NCBI GenBank assembly: GCA_902783985.1
Contig: CACZTI010000032.1
Coordinates: forward strand, 1-39,573
Reading direction: 5' to 3'
Source: an uncultured Erysipelotrichaceae bacterium
GTDB taxonomy: Bacteria; Bacillota_I; Bacilli_A; RF39; UBA660
Length of the DNA: 39,573 nucleotides
Shown: one piece after another, positions 18,393 through 26,729 of the stretch
Layout of the letters: every line of letters starts with the position of its first letter
Numbering within the stretch: the first letter of the stretch is position 1
Position numbers and translations under genes: made by a program
Notes under the pieces: generated by a model
What the model was told of the DNA's origin: nothing
Seen by the model: the letters and a program-made list of their open reading frames with translations, nothing else
The model's database searches: none

Positions 18393-19485
18393 TCATTTTT
18401 TCAAATAACTTAATATAAATTCATTAATATCACCATCAAGAACCTTTAAAACATTACTTGTTTCATAATTAGTTCGATGATCTTTAACTAAAGAATATGG
18501 ATGCATTACATAACTTCTTATTTGACTACCAAAGCTTGTTATTTGATTTTCCCCTTTGATATTATTTAATTCTTGTTCTTTTTTTTCTATTTCAAGCAAT
18601 TTTAATTTACCTTTTAATACATTCATCGCACTTTCTTTATTTTGATGTTGACTTCTTTGACTTTGACATGTAACCACAATTTTGGTTGGCAAATGGGTTA
18701 TTCTAACAGCAGATTCGGTTCTATTAATATGTTGTCCTCCAGCTCCACTACTTTTATATATATCTATTTTTAAATCTTTTTCATCAATAACAATACTATT
18801 ATCTTCCCTAAATTCTGGAGTAACATCAACACTAGCAAAAGAAGTATGTCGTTTATGATTAGCATCAAACGGACTCAGTCTCACAAGTCGATGAACTCCT
18901 TTTTCTCCTTTTAAATAACCATAAGCAAAATTACCACTAACTTTAATTGAACAACTTTTAAGACCAACATCTTCACCATCTAAATATGATAATACCTCAT
19001 ACTTAAAATTATTTTTTTCAAAATATCTTAGATACATTCTAAATAACATATCTGCCCAATCACAAGCTTCTGTTCCACCAGCACCAGCATGTATTTCTAA
19101 AATACAATTATTTTTATCATATGGTCCTGATAATAACAAAAATATTTCAAGATCCTTCATCTCTTCTTCAATTTTTTGATAATCATTAGAAACCTCAGTT
19201 AATAATGACATATCATTTTCATTATCTAATAAATCACAAATTTCTAAATCATTTAAAATATCATCTTTAACACTTTGCATTTTTGAAACTATTAAAGATA
19301 AATTATTTTTTTCATCAATTATTTCTTGTGCTTTATCTCTATCATTCCAAAAATCAGGATTATTTATTTCTATTTCTAATTCATTTATTTTTTTTAATTT
19401 ACCATCTCCGTCAAAGAGACCTCCATAAATCATCTACTTTTTCCAAATATTTTAATAATCCTCTTTTTATTTCTCCTATATCCAT
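18393..19485 (-). CDS. prfB: Peptide chain release factor 2 with programmed +1 frameshift
   Basis: ATG 19485 after GGAGG gives MDIGEIKRGLLKYLEKVDDLWRSL, then CTT TGA C; SPF and GGQ motifs are in the +1 frame. Confidence 0.96.
19410..19424 (-). other. prfB +1 frameshift site
   Basis: GGAGGT-CT-CTTTGAC: internal SD plus slippery site. Confidence 0.95.
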
Positions 19486-19506
19486 ATAACCTCCATAACT
19501 ATATCA

Positions 19507-19535
19507 ATTATATATTATTTAATTAATTATTTCAA
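19507..19535 (-). promoter_or_regulatory. Sigma-A promoter for prfB
   Basis: TTGAAA-N17-TATAAT. Confidence 0.65.
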
Positions 19536-19598
19536 TATAAAAGAAAAGAGATAGTAGTTAGGAGTTAGATGAAGAAAAGACTATCCCTTTTCAAGAAT
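19535..19598 (-). ncRNA. Candidate stem-loop sRNA with anti-SD/anti-start-codon loop
   Basis: 13-bp stem GAAAAGGGAUAGU/ACUAUCUCUUUUC (G-U wobble possible only on the minus strand), 24-nt G-free loop, U-tail; extended -10 TGtGATAAT upstream. Confidence 0.6.
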
Positions 19599-19618
19599 TA
19601 AATATTATCACAAATCAT

Positions 19619-19645
19619 TGTCGAAATATGTCGAATTTTGTCGAA
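19619..19645. promoter_or_regulatory. Three tandem Spo0A boxes (TGTCGAA x3, 10-bp period)
   Basis: Perfect TGTCGAA at 19619, 19629 and 19639. Confidence 0.75.
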
Positions 19646-19662
19646 AATATATTTTTTTTATA

Positions 19663-19694
19663 AAATCCCTAATTATTATAACAATTAGGGATTT
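19663..19694 (-). terminator. Terminator of the nucleoside kinase-gap-small ORF unit
   Basis: AAATCCCTAATT-N8-AATTAGGGATTT. Confidence 0.7.
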
Positions 19695-19697
19695 ATA

Positions 19698-19832
19698 TTA
19701 TTTACTACTTTGATATTTTTGTGTAACTAAATAACCTATAATAGCGAAAATAAGAAATAAGATTATTGAAGCATAGATAAAGTAAGCAAAACCTGATATA
19801 TCATCTCTAAAAAATCTTACGATACTTTCCAT
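19698..19832 (-). CDS. Unannotated 44-aa single-pass membrane protein
   Basis: MESIVRFFRDDISGFAYFIYASIILFLIFAIIGYLVTQKYQSSK; ATG lies 2 nt after the gap stop with an AGGT RBS; stop is followed directly by the terminator. Confidence 0.7.
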   Translation of the reverse strand: MESIVRFFRDDISGFAYFIYASIILFLIFAIIGYLVTQKYQSSK

Positions 19833-19834
19833 AA

Positions 19835-20836
19835 CTACCTACTCATTAAATATCTTGCTGTTCTAACCATTTGAGTACTATAACCCATTTCATTATCATA
19901 CCAAGCTACAATCTTAACAAGTTGTTTTCCATCAACATCTAATACATTAGTACAAAGTCCATCAACAACGGCACCATACATAGAACCAATAACATCACTT
20001 GATACAATAGGATCTTCCGTATACATAATAGTTTCATTTTGATTATTTTTAAATAATTCATTAATTTCTTCTTTAGTAGTATTTCTTTTTAATTCTAAAG
20101 ATAAATCAATAACAGAACCATCTGGTACAGGTACTCTCATTGCAGTTCCATCAAGTCTTCCATTAAGTTCAGGAATAACTTTTCCTATAGCGCTAGCAGC
20201 TCCAGTTGATGCTGGAATAATATTAGCAGCACAAGCTCTTCCTCTTCTTGAATACATTCCTTTTTTATGAGCAACATCAAGAGTTGCTTGATCATTAGTA
20301 TATGCATGAACTGTTGTCATATATCCTTTAACAACACCCAAATTATCATTAATTATTTTAAGTACTGGAGCAAGACAGTTAGTTGTACAACTTGCTGCAG
20401 AAATAACCTGTTCTGTTCCATCTAATATTTCATGATTTACATTATATACAATTGTTTTAAGATCTCCCTTTGCAGGAGCAGATATTATAACTTTTTTAGC
20501 TCCAGCATTAATATGTGCCATTGCTTTATCTTTATCAGTAAATAATCCCGTACACTCCATAACAACATCAATACCTAATTCTTTCCAAGGTAAATTAGCT
20601 GGATCTTTTTCACTATAAACTTTTATTTTCTTACCCATTACAATAATATTTTCATCATCACTTTTAATACTATCTACTAAAAAATTACGATGATTTGTAT
20701 CATATTTTAATAAATAAGCCAAATCTTCAGCACTTGTTAAATCATTGATGGCAACCACTTCCATTTTAGGATCATCCATCATTAATCTAAAAACAAGTCT
20801 TCCTATTCTTCCAAAACCATTAATCGCTACTTTCAT
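19835..20836 (-). CDS. gap: Type I glyceraldehyde-3-phosphate dehydrogenase
   Basis: [24 protein letters not shown]. Confidence 0.97.
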   Translation of the reverse strand: MKVAINGFGRIGRLVFRLMMDDPKMEVVAINDLTSAEDLAYLLKYDTNHRNFLVDSIKSDDENIIVMGKKIKVYSEKDPANLPWKELGIDVVMECTGLFTDKDKAMAHINAGAKKVIISAPAKGDLKTIVYNVNHEILDGTEQVISAASCTTNCLAPVLKIINDNLGVVKGYMTTVHAYTNDQATLDVAHKKGMYSRRGRACAANIIPASTGAASAIGKVIPELNGRLDGTAMRVPVPDGSVIDLSLELKRNTTKEEINELFKNNQNETIMYTEDPIVSSDVIGSMYGAVVDGLCTNVLDVDGKQLVKIVAWYDNEMGYSTQMVRTARYLMSR

Positions 20837-20852
20837 TTTTCATCTTCCTTTC

Positions 20853-22505
20853 CTAAAAACAACTTCCCCCAATAAATTCTCTTAATAATGAATCCGCTGG
20901 TATGGCCTCACTTGGTATTGGTAAAAATACATCAAGTATTTTCATAAGCCTTACGGCTTCACTATAATTTTTATCATCACTTTTAACAGAATATAAAAGT
21001 GGTAACACATAAGTTTTTAAAATACAAAATTCATATATCAACGAAGTGTTAAATACATAATCTGCTTCATCTTGATAAGCAAAAACATATTTTTCTTCAC
21101 CTTCTCTAACATCATCCCATAAATCAAGAGTACGAGAAACATTATACCCTCTTGTTCTATTATCCCTAATCATTCTTCTTAAAAGTCTATTATCTGTTGT
21201 TGACATACGATTATCTTTATCAATATTAATCGCAGTTAAAGGTGATAAGTAAACTTTATATTTATATTCTCTAGGAATATCAGGAAGAAGTTTAGGGTTC
21301 AATGCATGAATACCTTCTATTAATAAAATATCTGTTTTAGCAAGAACCATTTCTTCCTTAAATTTCTTCTCCCCAGAATAAAAATCAAATGTTGGCATCT
21401 TAACTTTTTTACCATCCAATAAATCTTTTAAAGTTTTATTAAACAATTTCAAATCAAGGGCATCTAAACTTTCAAAATCATACTCTCCATTAGGCTTTTT
21501 AGGAGTTTCAGTTCTTTCTTTAAAGAAATTATCCATTGATATAACTTTTGGAGTTAAACCAAAACTAGCTAAATACATCGCAAGTTTATAGCAAGATGTT
21601 GTCTTACCACTACTTGATGGTCCAGATATCAAAACAATTTTTATTTTATAACCACTTTTCTTTATTTCTTTAACTTGATCTAGTATTCTATTGTTTTGAA
21701 GAGTTTCACTAATTCTTATTAAATAATCAATTTGTCCACTAGCAACAATATCATTTAAATCACCAGCAGTTTCAATATTAATTAATTTTCCCCATTCTTT
21801 TTCTTGTTTAAAAACCTCAAATAATTTATCATGATGAACATATGGCTTTATCTTATCATTAATATAGACAGTAGGAAATTGTAAAACAAATTCATAATTA
21901 TCTAAATAAGTTAATTTAAACTCACTTAAACATGATGTTTCACAAGGCATCTTACTAAAAACATAATTATACATATTTCCCATTTTATATAAATGAACAT
22001 AAGTATTTGTCATATATTTTAATAATTTAGCTTTTTTTACATCACCCATTTTTGTAAAATATTCCAAAGCTTCTGTTTTTAAAACGGTAACTTTTGTAAT
22101 AGGTAAATTAGCATCAACCAGTGATTTCATCTTACTTTCAACCAATTTTAAATCTTCCTTAGTAATTTTATCACTGGTTTCAATACATAATGCTTTATCA
22201 GCAGAATGTTTAACAGTAATTACATTACTTCCATGATAAATCTCATTAAAAGCATAATTAACTAAGAAAATTAAACCATTCAAATATACATTATTAGCAT
22301 AATAATTAGTTAAATCAAGAAAAGTAATTTTATCTTTGTTATTAGCAACTTCAGATAATTCCACATATTGTCCATTAACAAAAGCTATTATTGCTTTTCT
22401 CATACCGTCTTTATAAAACATTTTACTTATTTCTAAAAGGGTGGTACCTTCAGTTACCTCTATAACATTTCCATCAACCGTAACCTTAATATTTTCTTTA
22501 ATCAT
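20853..22505 (-). CDS. Nucleoside (uridine) kinase with N-terminal TGS/ThrRS-like domains
   Basis: TGS-like N-terminus; GPSSSGKTT P-loop, IEGIHALN, RLLRR..RD...RG, SLLREFIGGSCF. Confidence 0.85.
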   Translation of the reverse strand: MIKENIKVTVDGNVIEVTEGTTLLEISKMFYKDGMRKAIIAFVNGQYVELSEVANNKDKITFLDLTNYYANNVYLNGLIFLVNYAFNEIYHGSNVITVKHSADKALCIETSDKITKEDLKLVESKMKSLVDANLPITKVTVLKTEALEYFTKMGDVKKAKLLKYMTNTYVHLYKMGNMYNYVFSKMPCETSCLSEFKLTYLDNYEFVLQFPTVYINDKIKPYVHHDKLFEVFKQEKEWGKLINIETAGDLNDIVASGQIDYLIRISETLQNNRILDQVKEIKKSGYKIKIVLISGPSSSGKTTSCYKLAMYLASFGLTPKVISMDNFFKERTETPKKPNGEYDFESLDALDLKLFNKTLKDLLDGKKVKMPTFDFYSGEKKFKEEMVLAKTDILLIEGIHALNPKLLPDIPREYKYKVYLSPLTAINIDKDNRMSTTDNRLLRRMIRDNRTRGYNVSRTLDLWDDVREGEEKYVFAYQDEADYVFNTSLIYEFCILKTYVLPLLYSVKSDDKNYSEAVRLMKILDVFLPIPSEAIPADSLLREFIGGSCF

Positions 22506-22640
22506 TCCCCTTCACCTACTCTCTATATCTAGTATACCATATTTTTCCTAATTTAAAATTTATTTTTCAAAAAATTATATAAACTTGACATTTTTAAGTA
22601 TATTATCATCTAAATTACATAATTTATTAAAGGTGATAAA

Positions 22641-23222
22641 ATGAGTTTAATACCAATTATAATTGATAAAGAACAAGATGGTGAAAGAAGTTATGATATT
22701 TTCTCAAGATTATTAAAAGATCGCATTATCTTTCTAAGTGGAGAAATTGATGATAATATATCTAATACTATTGTTAGTGAATTATTATATTTAGATTCAT
22801 TAAATCATGATGATATCTATCTTTATATCAATAGTCCTGGTGGTTCCATAACAAGTGGAATGGCTATTATGGACACAATGAATTTTATAAAAAGTGATGT
22901 AAGAACCATATGTCTTGGTATGGCTGCAAGTATGGCTGCCTTCCTTCTTTCATGCGGTACTAAAGGAAAACGTTTTGCCCTTCCCAATGCCGAAGTAATG
23001 ATTCACCAACCACTAGGTGGAGTTAATGGTCAAGCAACAGAAATCAAAATAGCAGCTGAAAGAATCTTAAAATTAAAAAAGAAATTAAATGAAATATTAG
23101 CTAAAAATACAAATCAAAAATTAGAAAAAATAGAAATTGATACTGAAAGAGATTATTTTCTATCAGCTATAGAAGCCAAAGAATATGGAATAATTGATGA
23201 CATAATAAAAAATACAGATTAG
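22641..23222 (+). CDS. clpP: ATP-dependent Clp protease proteolytic subunit
   Basis: [32 protein letters not shown]. Confidence 0.97.
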   Translation: MSLIPIIIDKEQDGERSYDIFSRLLKDRIIFLSGEIDDNISNTIVSELLYLDSLNHDDIYLYINSPGGSITSGMAIMDTMNFIKSDVRTICLGMAASMAAFLLSCGTKGKRFALPNAEVMIHQPLGGVNGQATEIKIAAERILKLKKKLNEILAKNTNQKLEKIEIDTERDYFLSAIEAKEYGIIDDIIKNTD

Positions 23223-23238
23223 ACAATCTGTATTTTTT
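23207..23238. terminator. Bidirectional terminator between clpP and the WXG100-like genes
   Basis: AAAAAATACAGATT-agac-AATCTGTATTTTTT. Confidence 0.8.
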
Positions 23239-23591
23239 TACTCTCTTGGCATTGTTCCAGCATTTATTGCATTAGCAGTATCACTATATTTTGTAAGTTC
23301 TGCTAATAGATTATTAAGTTCTGTTCTCATGTTAATAAGTTCACTATTAACTTCTTCTACTGAAGATTTAGCTTTTTGTGATGCTTCACTTGTCCAAGCT
23401 AAAACTAATTCATTAGCAAGTTCTTCAAGTTTAGTAATTTCTTTATGTAATTCACTACCTTCATTTACTTTAGCAATAACCAATTTTAAACTTGCTGCTA
23501 ATCCCTCATAATCAATTTTTTCTTTATCACTATATGCACCACCAATACCTGGATCTGATGCTTCATAAAATTTTCTTATTTTTAAATTCAT
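23238..23591 (-). CDS. WXG100-like helical hairpin protein
   Basis: 117 aa; IDYE start of helix 1, central AWTSEAS turn, heptad helices. Confidence 0.65.
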   Translation of the reverse strand: MNLKIRKFYEASDPGIGGAYSDKEKIDYEGLAASLKLVIAKVNEGSELHKEITKLEELANELVLAWTSEASQKAKSSVEEVNSELINMRTELNNLLAELTKYSDTANAINAGTMPRE

Positions 23592-23622
23592 ATTCTTCCT
23601 CCTTTAAATTATAACAACTTTT

Positions 23623-23895
23623 TTATCCATTAAAACGAAGATTATTAAAAGCTTCAGCTTTTTGTTGAATAAAAGTATCTGCATTATCTAAATTAGCACT
23701 GATTTTATCAAGACTTTCACTAATTCTTTTAAAAATCATAGTAGCATTTTCACTATCGCCACCTTGCCATTTACCTTCAATTTCTAAAAACTCACTTTTA
23801 ATTCCTTCAAAAGTAGCTTTTGTTTGCTTTAAATTTGCATTAAAATTACTAGTTAATTCTGCTAGTCCAGCTCTTGAAAAACTAAATTCTGCCAT
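23623..23895 (-). CDS. WXG100 family (EsxA-like) type VII secretion target
   Basis: 90 aa; central KWQGGDS (WxG); amphipathic helices; AGGAGG RBS. Confidence 0.75.
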   Translation of the reverse strand: MAEFSFSRAGLAELTSNFNANLKQTKATFEGIKSEFLEIEGKWQGGDSENATMIFKRISESLDKISANLDNADTFIQQKAEAFNNLRFNG

Positions 23896-23917
23896 ATATA
23901 TTCCTCCTATCATTTTC

Positions 23918-23946
23918 AATATATCATCTAATATCAATAATTGCAA
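23918..23946 (-). promoter_or_regulatory. Promoter for the WXG100 pair
   Basis: TTGCAA-N17-TATATT with extended TG. Confidence 0.5.
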
Positions 23947-24025
23947 TAATAATCAAAAAAAATTTACATTTTTTTACAAGAAATCAAAAAAATATATAAA
24001 ACATTGTAAAAAATTAACTTTTCAC

Positions 24026-24055
24026 TTGCAATATACACCTATTATTTAGTAAAAT
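24026..24055 (+). promoter_or_regulatory. Promoter for the 24076 operon
   Basis: TTGCAA-N18-TAAAAT. Confidence 0.45.
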
Positions 24056-24075
24056 TAAAATATGGAAGGTGAAAC

Positions 24076-25812
24076 ATGATATTAAAAAAGAATTTTCTAT
24101 ATAGTGGAGAAGGATCTGGCTACTCTGATAATGTTTATATTTATGATACATTAGAGACAATGTTAAATGAAATGGGAACTATAGGTGTATGGGAAAACTT
24201 AACTGAATCAGTTGATAAAGCAAACAAATACACTGATACAACCAGTGAAATATACGCTGATTTTAGACCAAAAGAATTATTAGAACCAGAATTCAAACTA
24301 GATACAGAATTAAATGCTATAAAAGTAGAAATAATGAATATATTAAATGATATACATTCATATATTGAAATACTTAAAGAAACTGAACATGGTGACATTC
24401 CCCGTGGTAGTGGAGGATATGATGGTTCTTACGGATATTATACTGAAGGAACCGATGCTAGTACTCCTTCTGAAATAACCGATGGTGGAACAGTTCCAGG
24501 AGCACCTATTCCAATTGTTACAGGGGAGGATACCGCTGATACCACTCCTGAAATAGAAATAGATCAAGGAATTACTACTCCACCAGAAGGTGAAACAATA
24601 ATACCAGATCAATCAAAACAAATTGCAACATTATATGTTGAAGAAGGAACTATTGATGTATTTGATGGAAATGGTAAAAAAATTGATACCTATGGTAAAG
24701 GTAAATATACAATATACGAATATCGTTATGATGAAAATGGAAATCCTATTGCTGCAAGAATAAGTCCTGATGGTGAAGATGAAAAATGGATTAATCTAAA
24801 AGATACAAATGATAGTATTTATACAGTAGCAGAAGGACAAAAAGGAAATTATGATTTAGGAGAAAATTCCTTCCCTGTTTATGATGAAAATGGTAAACAA
24901 ATTGGTACTGTAGATGCTGGAAAATATACTGTATATGAAACCAAATATGATGGAAATGGAAATGCTATCGCTGTTAGAATAAGCCCAGATGGTGAAGATG
25001 AAAGATGGTTATATCTAGAACCTGGCAAAACTAATGGATACTATTATGAAATAGGACAAAAAGGAAATTACTTCTTAAGAGATGGTTCATTAAGTATATA
25101 TAACGAAAATGGTGAAATAATAGGAACAGCTACAACAGGAAATTACACTGTATATGGAACCAAAATGGATGCTAATGGCAATGTTATAGCTATAAAAATA
25201 AGCAAACCTGGAGAAAACGAACAATGGATATATCTTGATAATAATACCAATGGATTCTATATGGGATTAGGACAAAAAGGAACATATACAACCAATGGAC
25301 AAGAAGTAAAAATCTTTGATAATAAAGGAAATGTTATTGGCGTTCTAAAAGATGGAAATCATAGTGTATATGAGGTAAAATATGATGCTAATGGTAATCC
25401 TATTGCTGTTAGAATAAGTCCAAATGGAAAAGAAGAACAATGGATATATACAACTGATGAAAATGGTAATATTATTGGTGAATTTAAATCAATTGAACAA
25501 ATGATGCAATTAGATGATGGAAAAGCAATTGTAACTACTACAACCAAGAGAAAGAGTAATGCTCTTAAATATCTTGGAATATTAGGTGCTCTATCAGTTG
25601 CCCTTGGAACTACACTTGTTGTTAAAAAGAAATTAAACAAAAATAATGAGGAATACAGTGACGATGAGTATAGTGACGAAGAATATACTGAAGAACCACT
25701 AGAACCAGGTGATTATAACATTTACGAATTTAAAAAAGATGAAAATGATAATATAACAGATGCAAGAATCAGCGAAGATAATGCCAAAGAAGACTTATGG
25801 GTTCATTTCTAG
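24076..25812 (+). CDS. WXG100-like N-domain, Pro/Thr/acidic linker, four SH3b/SLAP-like repeats and C-terminal TM anchor
   Basis: No signal peptide; N-domain aligns to the 117-aa protein; 72-73 aa repeats; TM YLGILGALSVALGTTLVV followed by KKK. Confidence 0.75.
   Translation: MILKKNFLYSGEGSGYSDNVYIYDTLETMLNEMGTIGVWENLTESVDKANKYTDTTSEIYADFRPKELLEPEFKLDTELNAIKVEIMNILNDIHSYIEILKETEHGDIPRGSGGYDGSYGYYTEGTDASTPSEITDGGTVPGAPIPIVTGEDTADTTPEIEIDQGITTPPEGETIIPDQSKQIATLYVEEGTIDVFDGNGKKIDTYGKGKYTIYEYRYDENGNPIAARISPDGEDEKWINLKDTNDSIYTVAEGQKGNYDLGENSFPVYDENGKQIGTVDAGKYTVYETKYDGNGNAIAVRISPDGEDERWLYLEPGKTNGYYYEIGQKGNYFLRDGSLSIYNENGEIIGTATTGNYTVYGTKMDANGNVIAIKISKPGENEQWIYLDNNTNGFYMGLGQKGTYTTNGQEVKIFDNKGNVIGVLKDGNHSVYEVKYDANGNPIAVRISPNGKEEQWIYTTDENGNIIGEFKSIEQMMQLDDGKAIVTTTTKRKSNALKYLGILGALSVALGTTLVVKKKLNKNNEEYSDDEYSDEEYTEEPLEPGDYNIYEFKKDENDNITDARISEDNAKEDLWVHF
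24622..25490 (+). repeat. Four intragenic ~216-219 bp repeats
   Basis: GQKG.Y codons start at 24835, 25054 and 25270; shared VYD.NG..IG...G.Y.VY..K.D.NGN.IA.RIS..G..E.W.Y. Confidence 0.9.
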
Positions 25813-26071
25813 GAGATTATAATGGATAATTACTATATTGAACAAGGTAATGCTATTAATCAAAAATTAAATGAAGGAAGCACCATACTTATAGAAGATT
25901 TAAAAGGAAAAATTGAAAAAATTAAAGAAGAATTAGAAAAAACCAACGATTATACTGCCGAAACACATATTAATAATTGTATTGATATGTGTAACAAAAT
26001 AAATGACAATTTGTTAGTTAAAATTATCGATAAAATTGAACTTGTCAAAAAAAATGCTGATACATGGCAAG
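25810..26071 (+). repeat. Direct repeat copy 1 (RBS plus 5' coding region)
   Basis: Near-identical to 26468-26729 at offset 658. Confidence 0.9.
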
Positions 26072-26439
26072 GATGGTATAACAACTTAAACGGAATAAAA
26101 GGAAATAATGGTTACGATTGGGCAAAAGCTAATGGTTTTAATACTAAAGAAGAAACAATAACAATAAAAGAAAATACGGATGACAGAATAGAAGCTGGTC
26201 GTGAAGATATTGGAGGAGCATTATTTAACTTATTTAATCCACCAAAAACTATAACAAAAACCATGTATTACTGGACTGCTTATACCGATATTACAATTGA
26301 TGGCAATGGTTATATGAATATTTCAATTAATAATTATAAAAGTGAAGATGGATCAGTTTCAGGAATAGGTAGTAGTACAGGTATAGTACATGATGAAGCA
26401 AGTTATAATACATATTATAATGGAAGAGGAAGTATATAA
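25822..26439 (+). CDS. Hypothetical protein, helical N-domain plus beta domain (paralog A)
   Basis: AGGAG RBS; residues 3-62 identical to the next gene. Confidence 0.8.
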   Translation: MDNYYIEQGNAINQKLNEGSTILIEDLKGKIEKIKEELEKTNDYTAETHINNCIDMCNKINDNLLVKIIDKIELVKKNADTWQGWYNNLNGIKGNNGYDWAKANGFNTKEETITIKENTDDRIEAGREDIGGALFNLFNPPKTITKTMYYWTAYTDITIDGNGYMNISINNYKSEDGSVSGIGSSTGIVHDEASYNTYYNGRGSI

Positions 26440-26467
26440 TCATTTAGTGGTGGATATTAATTAAAAA

Positions 26468-26729
26468 TAGGAGGTTATAATGAATAATTACTATATAGAA
26501 CAAGGAAATGCTATCAATCAAAAATTAAATGAAGGAAGCACAATACTTATAGAAGATTTAAAAGGAAAAATTGAAAAAATTAAAGAAGAATTAGAAAAAA
26601 CTAACGATTATACTGCCGAAACACATATTAATAATTGTATTGATATGTGTAACAAAATAAATGATGATTTACTACTTAAAATTATTGATAAAATTGAACT
26701 TGTTAAGAAAATTGCTGATACATGGCAAG
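26468..26729 (+). repeat. Direct repeat copy 2
   Basis: Near-identical to 25810-26071. Confidence 0.9.

Noticed and set aside
18393-19433. prfB as an N-truncated pseudogene
   Set aside because: Explained by the canonical programmed frameshift
19569-19601. Plus-strand micro-ORF MKKRLSLFKN with AGGAG RBS
   Set aside because: Not called as a CDS: G-U pairing, U-tail and promoter all favour a minus-strand RNA. Kept as the alternative hypothesis
24622-25490. Periodic repeats considered as CRISPR or DGR template
   Set aside because: In-frame degenerate protein repeats; no constant repeat-spacer structure, no cas or reverse transcriptase gene
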